Source: an uncultured Haloferula sp.
Lineage (GTDB): Bacteria; Verrucomicrobiota; Verrucomicrobiia; Verrucomicrobiales; Akkermansiaceae
DNA: 64,000 bases
Direction of reading: 5' to 3'
Assembly (NCBI GenBank): GCA_965652295.1
Contig: CBFGTS010000008.1
Span: forward strand, 128,001 to 192,000
The position numbers and the translations under genes are program-made. The notes under the pieces were generated by a model. The model made no database searches, was not told where the DNA came from, and saw only the letters and a program-made list of their open reading frames with translations. This document shows, piece by piece, positions 8,974 to 18,640 of the stretch; position 1 is the stretch's first letter; each line of letters starts with the position of its first letter.

Positions 8974-11679
8974 TCAGCGGAAGTCCGAGAGGGGTACTTT
9001 CGAGTTCTCGCCTTTCTCGATCCATTTGTCGCGGCCGTTGATTTCGAAGTGGATGCGCAGGCCCTTGTTCCAACCGGGGTTGGGATCGGCTCCGAGTTCC
9101 CGCGGGTTGACCCAGAAATCGCGCCCCTCGCCCTCGACGATGGTGCGGACGCGCTGGGTGACGTCGGCATCCTTGCCTCCGGTGCCGTAAATGGCGCGGA
9201 GGATCCGTATGGGGCTGAGGCGGGGGTTTTCCGCGGAGGCGATCCGCTCGAAGGTGCCGAGCCAGACGGTGAGGTCCTTCATTTCGTCCAGCTCCTCGCG
9301 GAGCTGGTGGGCGATTTCCATCTGGCCCGTCTTGCGCATGGCGTCGGCGTAGGCATCGAGGCGTTGGAGGAAGGCGTCGTGGATGACGGAGGCTTGTTTC
9401 TCGAAGGCCCGGTCGATCTTCGCCTGCTGGTCGAGCGCGGCAGTGCCGATGCGGGTGATGCCTTCGTGAAAGTGGTCGCTGCCTTTTCTGGGAATGCCCG
9501 TAGGGATGCGGTGGTCGTGGATGCGCTGGAGGATGCGGTCCACATCGACTTGCCACCGTTCGGCGTCGCCCTTGGTGAGGCCGCGCAGCCAGACGCCGAT
9601 GTCCCATCGCAGGACCTGCTCGTTTTTCTCCAGAGCGGTCTGACGTTTGGCGTCGAGCGCCACGAGGAGTTCCTCCGTCTTTTCCCGGATCTCGGACGGC
9701 GGAAGCAGGCCGGAATCCGGCGGGGGATCGGGGGTGGGAACAGGACCCCATTCCAGCACGCAGCCGGCGACCGGCTCGGAGGGGTCCGAATCGGCCCAGC
9801 CGTTGCCGGCTTCGATCGTGAGCGCGCCGAAGTCGCCCGAAGGATGGCCGTCGGCCCAGCGGGCGAAGGTCCAGGGCTGGTCGCCGGGCCACTTCCATTC
9901 CAAACCGTCGCGTTCGCCGCCCAGCCAGAGACGGGAGCCCGGGGGCAGCTCCGCGGTGGCACTCGCGAGCCAGTCGGCTGCTTCAGGGGTGGTCGGTGCC
10001 ATCAGCCGGGCGTTGCCGGCGACAGCCAGGGCTCGGGCATCGGCGTGGGTCATGGGATCGAGGACGACGAGGCGGTGGTTATCGCCATGGGCTTCGGTGC
10101 CAGCGGGAAACCAGGACTGGCCGCCCTCGATCGATGCGGCGGTGCGGGCGAGGATGTGGCGGAGGTCGGTGGGATCGGAGCCATCGCGAGCCCATTCGAT
10201 GAGAAAGGGGAGCGGCTGGTCGGCGGCAACGGCGGCGAGACGGCCATCGGTGGTCAGGGATGCGGCCGTGCCGTCGCCTTGGATCTCGGTCGCGGCCGGC
10301 CACGCCGAGCCATTGATCGCTTGCCAGGTGCCGTCCGGGCGGCGGGAGGAGCCGAGCCATTGCGGTGAGTCGGAGCGTTCGGCAATCCATCCGATTTCGG
10401 CGGGGTCATCAATGAGCGGCAGGTGGCCGCCATAGTCGGCGGCAAACCGACGTGCCTGGTCCCAGGTCATCGCGCTGGTGACGGGGAAGTAGTGCGAGGT
10501 ATCGGAGGTGAGGGTGCCGGTGGGCAGCTCATCGAAATCCCCGGCGGTGAGCGATTCGCGGAGGCGGCGCAGCGATTGGGCGGGCGTTTCCGCGGGGGCG
10601 GCGGGCGCTTTCTCCGGGGTGGGAGCGACGGGTGCCTCCGGCGTGGAGGGAGGTGGAGGCCTGCTCGCGGCGGGAGGGGAAATGCCGGCGGTGGCGGCGG
10701 GTTTCGGGGGCGGCGGCGGGGAAGTCAGCTCGTGTTGCTTCGTTTGGTAGGCTTTCCAGGTGAAGGCGATCGCGATCAGGAGGATGGCGATGATGACGAG
10801 GTTCCGGATGAGTGGCGCGGGCGAGAGGTTCCGGCGGCGTGGTGCGACGGAGCGGGTGGGCTCGGCGGAGATTTCGGGGGTGGGAGCGTGAAGCCAGGCG
10901 TCGAGGGCGTCGGCCATTTCGCTGATGCTTTCAAAACGGTCGGCGGGGTCGGGTCGGGTGGCTTTTTCGCAGATGGCGTCGAGGGCGGGATCGCAGCCGG
11001 AGACGGCGGACGGGGGCGGGTCCTCGGGCGCGGGGAGCTTTCCGGTGAGCAGCTCGTGGAGCATCACGCCGACGGCGAAAATGTCGGAGCGGGCGTCGCC
11101 CTGGGTCAGACCTTGGAGCACCTCGGGGGCGAGGTAGTCGGGCGTGCCCATCACGAGGCCGGCGTGTTCGGCATCGTGGGGCACTGCGAGGCCGAAATCG
11201 CCGAGCTTGGGCTCGCGGCGGGGTGTGAGGAGGACATTGGCGGGTTTGACGTCGCGATGGACGATGCCGTTCTCGTGCGCGTGGGCGAGTCCGCGGCAGA
11301 TGGAGGCGATCATTTCGGCCGACTGGTCCGGTGCGACGGCGAGTCCGTGAGCGGAGTGATGCAGAGATTTTCCCGGCACGTACTCCATGGCGATGTAGAG
11401 CAGGCCGTCCACCTCGCCGAAGTCGTACACGGCGATGAGGTTCGGGTGGTTGAGTCGCGCCATTGCCCGGGCCTCGGTTTCGAAGGAGCGGCGGAAGACT
11501 TCGTCGGCCCCGAGTTCAGGCGGCAGGATCTTGATGGCGGTCGGCCGGTCGAGGGTGCGCTGGTGGGCGAGGTAGACGACTCCCATGCCGCCTTGGGCGA
11601 TGAAATCCCGGACTTCGTAGGCCGGTAGAAGCTGACTCAGAAAACCGGGATCGGGGGCTTGGAACGAGGGATCGGTCAT
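8974..11679 (-). CDS. Membrane Ser/Thr protein kinase with extracytoplasmic C-type lectin-like domains
   Basis: Hanks motifs GGMGVVY, AIK, HRDVKPANV, DFG, GTPDYLAPE; one TM helix; Pro-rich linker; MTWDQARRFA...GGHL and WLGG..WKW...WTFARW CTLD-like segments. Confidence 0.9.
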   Translation of the reverse strand: MTDPSFQAPDPGFLSQLLPAYEVRDFIAQGGMGVVYLAHQRTLDRPTAIKILPPELGADEVFRRSFETEARAMARLNHPNLIAVYDFGEVDGLLYIAMEYVPGKSLHHSAHGLAVAPDQSAEMIASICRGLAHAHENGIVHRDVKPANVLLTPRREPKLGDFGLAVPHDAEHAGLVMGTPDYLAPEVLQGLTQGDARSDIFAVGVMLHELLTGKLPAPEDPPPSAVSGCDPALDAICEKATRPDPADRFESISEMADALDAWLHAPTPEISAEPTRSVAPRRRNLSPAPLIRNLVIIAILLIAIAFTWKAYQTKQHELTSPPPPPKPAATAGISPPAASRPPPPSTPEAPVAPTPEKAPAAPAETPAQSLRRLRESLTAGDFDELPTGTLTSDTSHYFPVTSAMTWDQARRFAADYGGHLPLIDDPAEIGWIAERSDSPQWLGSSRRPDGTWQAINGSAWPAATEIQGDGTAASLTTDGRLAAVAADQPLPFLIEWARDGSDPTDLRHILARTAASIEGGQSWFPAGTEAHGDNHRLVVLDPMTHADARALAVAGNARLMAPTTPEAADWLASATAELPPGSRLWLGGERDGLEWKWPGDQPWTFARWADGHPSGDFGALTIEAGNGWADSDPSEPVAGCVLEWGPVPTPDPPPDSGLLPPSEIREKTEELLVALDAKRQTALEKNEQVLRWDIGVWLRGLTKGDAERWQVDVDRILQRIHDHRIPTGIPRKGSDHFHEGITRIGTAALDQQAKIDRAFEKQASVIHDAFLQRLDAYADAMRKTGQMEIAHQLREELDEMKDLTVWLGTFERIASAENPRLSPIRILRAIYGTGGKDADVTQRVRTIVEGEGRDFWVNPRELGADPNPGWNKGLRIHFEINGRDKWIEKGENSKVPLSDFR

Positions 11680-11741
11680 CGGCACGTCTCCGTCACACTA
11701 GCGACGAATCGGTGTGAGGCGATGTTTTCCGGGCAGCTCCT

Positions 11742-12863
11742 TCAGGCCGCCGGAAACCGCAGCTCGATCTCGGTGCCGCCGGTGGCGGGGGAAGTGGCGG
11801 TGATGGAACCGCCATGGCGGTCCATGATCTGGCGGCAGATGCTGAGGCCGAGGCCGCTGCCGTCGGCGTCGGTGGCGTTGTCCCCGCGCTGGCGGGGTTC
11901 GAAGAGGCGGTCGATGTCGGCGGCGGGAATGCCGCGTCCGTTGTCGGAAATCCTAACCAGCACGGACCCGGAGTCGCGGGACGAGTGGATCCGGATCCGA
12001 GGCGGAGAGTCCGCCGCGTATTTGACGGCGTTCTCGATGATGTTCCCGAAGAGCTGGACCAACTGGATGTGGCGGCCGTTGACGACGGGGAGGGGGCGCT
12101 CGATCTCGACCTGGGCACCGGCTTGGCGGAGCCGGCTCTGGAGGCCGGCCAGCGTGGTTTCGAGGACCGCTTCAAGATCGACAGGTTCGAGCCGGTCGAG
12201 GTGGTTCTGGGTCAGGGCTTCGGCGTGAAGCTCCCGGATCATCCGGTCCATGTGGCCGAGGGAATCAAGCAGGAACCCCACCTGCTCCTTGGCATGTCCT
12301 AGGTCGCCTTTGTCCACGGATTCACGCAGCATCTCGGCGGCGAAGAGCGAGCCGCTCATGGGATTTTTCAGGTCGTGGGTGAGGACGCTGGAGAAGGCTT
12401 CGAGATCGTGATTCGTGCGACGGAGCATCTCCTCCATTTCCCGTGTCTTCGCCAGTTGGACTTCGAGTCGTTCGTTGACCCGCCGCAGGCCGGGAAGCTC
12501 CAGGGCCTTCGGTGCCGCGCGGATGATGGCAATGACGGTGATCCAGGAAACGGTGGCGGTGACGGCCTTCATCAGTCCCGAAAAGCGGTAGATCGGGTGG
12601 TAAAAGATGATTGCCTCCACGAGATGCGTGGTGCCGCAGCTGAAAATGAAAGCAGCGAAGAGCCAGAAGAGCCGGGGAAAGGCGAGTTCGGAGCGTTTCA
12701 CCCACCAGAACGCCGCGAGGGCGAAAGGAATGACCGAATAGGCCGCGGCGATCGCAATGTCGGAAATGATGTGGGTCCAGCCGTGGGCCGGTGACCAATC
12801 GCCACAGTTCCAGCGCGCCGGGAAGTCCGAGGTGTCGAAGAGGAGTTTGAGAAACTCGGGCAT
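11742..12863 (-). CDS. Sensor histidine kinase with ETR1-type ethylene-binding-like membrane domain
   Basis: SDIAIAAAYSVIP and FIFSCGTTH in TM1/TM2; H-box THDLKNP, N-box NIIENAVKY, DNGRGI, GSGLGLSIC. Confidence 0.9.
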   Translation of the reverse strand: MPEFLKLLFDTSDFPARWNCGDWSPAHGWTHIISDIAIAAAYSVIPFALAAFWWVKRSELAFPRLFWLFAAFIFSCGTTHLVEAIIFYHPIYRFSGLMKAVTATVSWITVIAIIRAAPKALELPGLRRVNERLEVQLAKTREMEEMLRRTNHDLEAFSSVLTHDLKNPMSGSLFAAEMLRESVDKGDLGHAKEQVGFLLDSLGHMDRMIRELHAEALTQNHLDRLEPVDLEAVLETTLAGLQSRLRQAGAQVEIERPLPVVNGRHIQLVQLFGNIIENAVKYAADSPPRIRIHSSRDSGSVLVRISDNGRGIPAADIDRLFEPRQRGDNATDADGSGLGLSICRQIMDRHGGSITATSPATGGTEIELRFPAA

Positions 12864-13090
12864 GGTGGTAAGCCAGCCGTTTTCTAGGGAGGCCGGGCAG
12901 GGTTTCCTAGGCAGAATTTCAGGGAAGCAGAACCGTCTGGGTTGCGGATTGCAATTTGCGGAGCAGGTCCGGGCATTTTGCTCTGAAATGGGAGCGGATG
13001 CGGCAGGGGAAACGGCCAAGGAATGGCGCAGTCTCAGGCGTTTGGGCAGGTGTCGGAACTTGGCCCGCCGGTTGCGATGAGGCAGCCGCT

Positions 13091-13456
13091 ATGACCGATT
13101 TCCAATCACCCCAGTATCCGGGCGGCACCCAGCCGGACCATCCCCGTAGCGAGCCTTCCATGGTTCTCCCCGGCGGCATGCCCGAGGAGCAAGGAAAGCT
13201 GCAGAAGGTTGCCGATACGGCGCGGGATCGATTTCATAAACTTACCTGGCCGGAGATTGCCGTCGCGGCGCTTGCCGGCTTCGCAGTCGGTTGGTTGGTT
13301 GCATCGCCGCGACGGCATCCATCCCTGCATGACATCGTTGACGACTCGCTGCGTCCGTGGGCATGCCGCGGTCTCCACAACGCGGCGGATTCGATCCGCC
13401 ATAGCCGACCGGTGAATCTGGTGCAGGAAGGGATCTCGAAACTCCGTGCCTCCTGA
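13091..13456 (+). CDS. Hypothetical small protein with one TM segment
   Basis: IAVAALAGFAVGWLV hydrophobic segment; stop is 3 nt before the next gene. Start uncertain. Confidence 0.6.
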   Translation: MTDFQSPQYPGGTQPDHPRSEPSMVLPGGMPEEQGKLQKVADTARDRFHKLTWPEIAVAALAGFAVGWLVASPRRHPSLHDIVDDSLRPWACRGLHNAADSIRHSRPVNLVQEGISKLRAS

Positions 13457-13459
13457 ATC

Positions 13460-13792
13460 ATGAGCGACATCGATCCCAAGAAACATCCGGAGCAGTGGCT
13501 GGAACGGAAAGCCAGCGAGCAGGCCGAAAAGGCACGGAGCTGCTGTGATGAGATCAAAGCTTCGACACGCGACAATCCGACCCAGGCGCTGGCGATTGCA
13601 TTCGGTGCGGGCTATTTGGCGCGGAGCCTCCCGGTTTTCCGCACCGCGGGTTACACGTTGCGGGGAACCATGCATCTCGTGCCCTATGTTTTAGGGATTC
13701 TAGGCGCGGCGCGGCTGTATGAAATCGTGCGCGACGAGTATCTGGATCGCGAGGAAAACCAGCCACCACCCTCCTCGTCAGGAGCGGGCTGA
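13460..13792 (+). CDS. Hypothetical protein, weakly DUF883/ElaB-like
   Basis: RDNPTQALAIAFGAGYL resembles the ElaB/YqjD C-terminal motif. Confidence 0.6.
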   Translation: MSDIDPKKHPEQWLERKASEQAEKARSCCDEIKASTRDNPTQALAIAFGAGYLARSLPVFRTAGYTLRGTMHLVPYVLGILGAARLYEIVRDEYLDREENQPPPSSSGAG

Positions 13793-13806
13793 GAAACCCG
13801 AAATTC

Positions 13807-15690
13807 TCAGGAGAGAAGCGCCTCCAGCTCCTCCCAGCGGGCATAAAGACGAGAGACTTCGTCGCGTGCCCGGTCGAGATCGGAGACCAGCTGGGGGACT
13901 TCGTTGAAACGCTCGGTCTGGAAGATCGGGTCGTTGAGCTTCAGTTCCATCGCTTCGACTTCGTGCTCGGCGGCGCTGATGCGGTCCTCGATTCCCTCGA
14001 GTTCCTTCTTTTCCGCCAGGGTCAGCTTACGCGGTTTGTCCGCGGATTTGCCCGCGGTCCTGCGGCGGGCATCGGCCTCGCGAGCGGCGGCCTGGGCGCG
14101 CTGGATGGCTTCGCGCTGCTGGCGTTTCTCCAGATAGTAGGAGTAGTTGCCGGGCGTGATGTGGACGCCGTCGTCCTCGAACGCGATGATCCGATCGCAG
14201 ATGCGGTCGAGGAAATAGCGGTCGTGCGAGACGACGAGGACCGCTCCTTCGAAGTCGGCGATCGCTTCCTCCAGCATGCGCAGCGAGGGCAGGTCGAGGT
14301 CGTTGGTCGGCTCGTCGAGCACCAGCAGGTTGCCGCCGGTCTTGAGGACCTTGGCGAGCATCAGCCGCGCACGCTCGCCGCCGGAGAGGAGATCGACGCG
14401 CTCGTTGATCCGATCGTCGGTGAAGAGGAAGCGCCGCAGGTAGCCTCGGGCACCGATGATCTGGTCGCCGAAGTGGACCTTCTCGTTCCCCTCGGCGACC
14501 TCGTCGAGCAGCGAGCCCGAGCCATCGAGTACCATGCGCGTCTGGTCGATGTAGTTGACCTTCACCCGTTTCCCGACCTCGGCCTTACCTTCGCTGGGCT
14601 CGATCTTGCCGAGGCAGAGCTTGAGCAGGGTGGTCTTGCCGACGCCGTTGCGGCCGACGATACCGGTGCACTCGCCGGGGCGGATCGAGAGATCGAGGTG
14701 GCGGAAGAGCCAGCGCGGGGAAGCGCCGGATCCGACGTTGATGCCGGCTCCCTCAAGCTCCACGACCTTGTCGCCCAGACCCGGCGGCGGCGGGATGAGC
14801 AGGTCCATTTCCCGCTCCTCGGGCGGGGCTTCCATGCCCTCGATTTCATAGAACTTGTCGAGCCGGTGGCGTGACTTGGTGGTGCGCGCCTTGACGCCGG
14901 CGCGGACCCACTCGAGTTCCTCGCGGAGAAAGCGCTGGCGGCGTCGCTCGGTCTGCTCGGCGATCTGCTGGCGGATTGCCTTCGATTCGAGGAAAGCGGT
15001 GTAGTTGCCGGGGTGCGAGTAGGCCTTTCCCTGATCGATCTCGATGATGCGGGTGGCGATGACATCGAGGAAATAGCGGTCGTGGGTAACGAAGATGACC
15101 GCGCCGGTGTAGGTCTTGAGGAAATCCTCGAGCCAGCGGATCGAGTCGGCGTCGAGGTGGTTCGTCGGTTCGTCGAGCAGCAGCAGGTCGGGCTGCGAGG
15201 CGAGCGCGCGGCAGAGGGCGACGCGGCGTTTTTCCCCACCGGACAGCGGGCCGGTCTGGACTTCGAGCGGTGGGGTGCCGAGCGCGTTGCAGAGGGCCTG
15301 GATGCGGGAGTCGAGGTTCCAGCCATCGGCGTGGTCGATGAGATGAAGCAGGTCGGCGAGTTCGGCCTCGGAGCCGTCGCCATTCTCGTAGCGGCGGATG
15401 GCATCGACCACGTCCTGCGCGCCGCTGGCGATGTTCTCGTGAACGGATTTTTCGGGATCGAGTTCGAACTCCTGCGGCAGGTAGCCGACACGGAGCTGGC
15501 GCTGGCGGGCGATGTCGCCGGAGTCGGGCGCGTTGTGGCCGGCCAGGATTTTGAGAAGCGAGGTCTTGCCGCAGCCATTGCGGCCGACGAGGCCGACTTT
15601 CTCTCCTGCCTCCACCGCGAGGGTGACGTCATCGAGCAAGGTCTGGTGGCCGTAGGCGAGGCGGAGGTCTTTGGCGGAAAGGAGCGACAT
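13807..15690 (-). CDS. ABC-F family ATPase (Uup-like)
   Basis: Two ABC domains (GRNGCGKT, LSGGE, LLLDEPTNHLD; GRNGVGKT, LSGGE, VLDEPTNDLD), no TM segments, C-terminal coiled coil ending YARWEELE. Confidence 0.93.
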   Translation of the reverse strand: MSLLSAKDLRLAYGHQTLLDDVTLAVEAGEKVGLVGRNGCGKTSLLKILAGHNAPDSGDIARQRQLRVGYLPQEFELDPEKSVHENIASGAQDVVDAIRRYENGDGSEAELADLLHLIDHADGWNLDSRIQALCNALGTPPLEVQTGPLSGGEKRRVALCRALASQPDLLLLDEPTNHLDADSIRWLEDFLKTYTGAVIFVTHDRYFLDVIATRIIEIDQGKAYSHPGNYTAFLESKAIRQQIAEQTERRRQRFLREELEWVRAGVKARTTKSRHRLDKFYEIEGMEAPPEEREMDLLIPPPPGLGDKVVELEGAGINVGSGASPRWLFRHLDLSIRPGECTGIVGRNGVGKTTLLKLCLGKIEPSEGKAEVGKRVKVNYIDQTRMVLDGSGSLLDEVAEGNEKVHFGDQIIGARGYLRRFLFTDDRINERVDLLSGGERARLMLAKVLKTGGNLLVLDEPTNDLDLPSLRMLEEAIADFEGAVLVVSHDRYFLDRICDRIIAFEDDGVHITPGNYSYYLEKRQQREAIQRAQAAAREADARRRTAGKSADKPRKLTLAEKKELEGIEDRISAAEHEVEAMELKLNDPIFQTERFNEVPQLVSDLDRARDEVSRLYARWEELEALLS

Positions 15691-15794
15691 GGGTGCGGGC
15701 GGACCATCGATGCTCTGGAGCGGGATGGCGAGCGTTCGTCTTGGCGGGATCGATTTCGTGAAACCTTTCCTATGTCCCCGGCGTTTCTGCTTCC

Positions 15795-16727
15795 GTGCGG
15801 AGCTTGTTGATTTTCCTGATTTTTACGGCGGGCGTGGTGGCGCAGATCCCGCGCGAGCCGCGGTTGCATGATCCGTCCACGGTGGTCCGTGAACGTGGCG
15901 ACGCCTGGTGTTTCTCCACGGGGCCCGGCATCGGGGTGCTGAAGCAGGACGGAAACGAATGGCGGCATGTGGGGCCGGTATTTCCCCGCGGCTCGCAGCC
16001 GGATTGGCACGAGGAGAAGATACCCGGAAACCGCGGGCATCTATGGGCTCCGGACGTGATCGAGATCGGCGACCGCTGGTGTGTCTATTACTCCGTCTCG
16101 ACCTTTGGCAAAAACACCTCGGCAATCGGCATGGCGAGCCGGAAGACGCTCGGTCCCGGCACAGAGGACGAGCCGTGGGAGGACCTGGGAGTGATCATCA
16201 CCTCCGGCCCCGGCGACCGTTTCAACGCGATCGATCCGGCGCTGATCGCCGACGGGCGGAGGCTGTGGATGAGCTTCGGGAGTTTTTGGGACGGCATCAT
16301 GCTGGTGGAGCTGGATGCCAAGACCGGGCTGCGGAAGGACCCGGATGCCCCCCCCGTGAAGCTCGCGAGCTACCCGGAGATCGAGGCACCCTTCATCCAC
16401 AAGCAGGACGGCTGGTATTATCTCTTCGTCAACTGGGGCAAATGCTGCCGCGGGGTGGAGAGCACCTATGAAATCCGCGTGGGCCGGAGCAAATCGATCG
16501 AGGGGCCCTACGAGGACCGTGAGGGCACACCGATGGTTCAGGGCGGAGGGACGCAGGTCTTGGCAAGTCGGGACCGGTTCATCGGGCCGGGTCACGCCTC
16601 CATCTACGAGAAGGGTCGTAGGCAGTGGCTGGTCCATCACTACTACGACGGCGAGGATCACGGGAAATCCAAGCTGCGCCTCGTGCCACTGGAGTGGGAG
16701 GATGGTTGGCCGGTGGTGAAGGAGTGA
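15795..16727 (+). CDS. GH43 glycoside hydrolase (endo-1,5-alpha-L-arabinanase-like)
   Basis: Signal peptide; HDP, WAPD, NAIDP, FGSFW, IEAP, GPGH GH43 motifs. Confidence 0.9.
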   Translation: MRSLLIFLIFTAGVVAQIPREPRLHDPSTVVRERGDAWCFSTGPGIGVLKQDGNEWRHVGPVFPRGSQPDWHEEKIPGNRGHLWAPDVIEIGDRWCVYYSVSTFGKNTSAIGMASRKTLGPGTEDEPWEDLGVIITSGPGDRFNAIDPALIADGRRLWMSFGSFWDGIMLVELDAKTGLRKDPDAPPVKLASYPEIEAPFIHKQDGWYYLFVNWGKCCRGVESTYEIRVGRSKSIEGPYEDREGTPMVQGGGTQVLASRDRFIGPGHASIYEKGRRQWLVHHYYDGEDHGKSKLRLVPLEWEDGWPVVKE

Positions 16728-16739
16728 GCGCGGTGATGT

Positions 16740-17087
16740 TCAGGGCGATGACGGTTTCGTCGGAATCCCCCGGTGGAGCAACCAAGCCAGCGCGAGGAAG
16801 GTCACCGAATAGCTTGCCGTTGAGGCAATCGACAGGATCTCGTTCACAACCGGGATGTAGAAGATGCTGGAGGGATTGAATCCTCCGAGCGGAACGAGGG
16901 TGAGAAGCCAGACGGCGTGGTGAAAAAGCCAGATCAGGAGCTGAATGACGCTGGCGACGAAGCCTGCGAGAGTTGCGGGAGAGCGGGCGACGTGGCGTAG
17001 TTGCCAAAAAGCCAGCGGGAGCACGATCAGGATGACAAGCCAGGCAAGCCCGATCGCAGCAGAAAGAGACTGAAACCAAACGTCCAT
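16740..17087 (-). CDS. Hypothetical membrane protein
   Basis: 115 aa with three hydrophobic segments; start overlaps the upstream stop. Confidence 0.6.
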   Translation of the reverse strand: MDVWFQSLSAAIGLAWLVILIVLPLAFWQLRHVARSPATLAGFVASVIQLLIWLFHHAVWLLTLVPLGGFNPSSIFYIPVVNEILSIASTASYSVTFLALAWLLHRGIPTKPSSP

Positions 17088-17476
17088 CAGGGGGTCAGGG
17101 AGAAGCGGTGTTCACGGATCAGATCGCGGACATGGCGTAGAAAGCCGAGGGCGACGAGCAACACGCCGATGTTGCAGAGAAAGGTGAAGATACGGGAGAG
17201 CATGACGAAGGAGGCTGACAATTGGACGTTGCCTATGAAAATCGCGGGAGTGGATCCTTCCTCCGGCACGCCTCCGGTCAGCATCTGGTCGAGCGTCTCG
17301 CTCCCGAAGAAAGCTTCTGCCAGCGGGAAGATTCGTGCCCCACAGGCGATGAAGACTCCGACGATCATCAGTCGGGGGAGCCGGAACTTGCGATGGCGAA
17401 GGATCGCCACGAGCAGCACCAGCAGGGTTGCGGTAACAACCAATTCATAGACCTTGTGGGCAATCACCATCGCCAT
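17087..17476 (-). CDS. Hypothetical membrane protein
   Basis: Start reassigned to MAMVIAHK; three hydrophobic segments. Confidence 0.6.
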   Translation of the reverse strand: MAMVIAHKVYELVVTATLLVLLVAILRHRKFRLPRLMIVGVFIACGARIFPLAEAFFGSETLDQMLTGGVPEEGSTPAIFIGNVQLSASFVMLSRIFTFLCNIGVLLVALGFLRHVRDLIREHRFSLTP

Positions 17477-17529
17477 CCAAACCGTAGGGGCGGTGCGGGA
17501 GCGAGCGAAATCGGAACGGAGAACTGGCG

Positions 17530-18600
17530 TCAGGTTTGCCCTGAGCTGGAGCCGACATAGGTCGAAAGCAACCGGATCGCCGCGCGGATCGAGGCGAAGG
17601 AGGCGGTCTCGTGGGTGGTGTGATAGCCGGTGGTGGGGATCTGGAGGGTGGTGCCGGTGATGTCGCCGCCGGTGGCGGCGGCGAGCCTGCCCAGCTCGGT
17701 GCGGCCGAGTGACAGCGGTTTCGGGCGCGACGGGTTTTCCTTTTCGATCCACTCGTCCTTGTAGGAGTAGCGGATGTCGAGGCGCTGGCAGATTCGGGCG
17801 ATTTCCGCGGTGAAGCCGGGATCGAAGGTGGCGGTGGCGTCCTTTCGGCGGAGGACGAGTTCCTGCTCGTCGGCCGTTTCGGTGGTGGGGTATGGGCTGG
17901 TATCGAGCACCAGCAGCCGCCGGGTGGAAATGGACTCCCGCTGGAACCAAGCGAGGGCGTAGCGCCAGCTGCGGCCGGCCTCCTCCTGGGAGGTGAAGAG
18001 GGCGGTGCCTTGGAAACCGCGACGGAACAGATGGATGATGAGGGCCACGCTGATGACGTTGTCGAGCTGACCCCAGACGTGCTTTTCCCCGACCTGAAGC
18101 CGGTCGAGGAAGGAAACGGGCGAGCCGGGCTGGAGGAACTCCAGGCCATCGATCTCAAAGATCAGGTTGTTGCGCTTGGGGCAATGGTAGCTGTTGGAGA
18201 TGACGCCCTGGCCGAGATAGAGGCCGGTGTAGGGCATGTGCGCCTGCACGCGCTCGCCGGCGAAGCGGTCGGCGATGGACGCGATCATCTGCTCGGAGAC
18301 CGAGTCACCGGAAAGCTCGCCGCGGTTGCCGGCGATGAAGGCGGCGTATTGGAATTCGTTCGGTCCGGTGCAGAGCAGGCCGTGGCGATCGACGTGGGCG
18401 GAGAGGACCAGGCTCTCGGGTTCCGTGCCTTGGGCGATCAGCAGCCCGAGGTGGCGCTCGATCCGGATGTCGAGTTCCTCCAGCTCGCGGCGGATCACGC
18501 GATAGAACGAATCTTCCGCGCCGACGACCGAAGGCTCGCGAATCAGGTGGCGCAGGATTTCGAGAAATCCGGCAAGGTCGGCGGGGTCGCGGGCGGTCAT
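17530..18600 (-). CDS. M42/M28-family metallopeptidase
   Basis: PSVVGAE, SAHVDRHG, GQLDN, QEEAG, VLD and YHT metal-ligand motifs. Confidence 0.82.
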   Translation of the reverse strand: MTARDPADLAGFLEILRHLIREPSVVGAEDSFYRVIRRELEELDIRIERHLGLLIAQGTEPESLVLSAHVDRHGLLCTGPNEFQYAAFIAGNRGELSGDSVSEQMIASIADRFAGERVQAHMPYTGLYLGQGVISNSYHCPKRNNLIFEIDGLEFLQPGSPVSFLDRLQVGEKHVWGQLDNVISVALIIHLFRRGFQGTALFTSQEEAGRSWRYALAWFQRESISTRRLLVLDTSPYPTTETADEQELVLRRKDATATFDPGFTAEIARICQRLDIRYSYKDEWIEKENPSRPKPLSLGRTELGRLAAATGGDITGTTLQIPTTGYHTTHETASFASIRAAIRLLSTYVGSSSGQT

Positions 18601-18640
18601 GGAACTGGGTCGGAAATGAGCAAGATGAGAGCCGGGCTCG

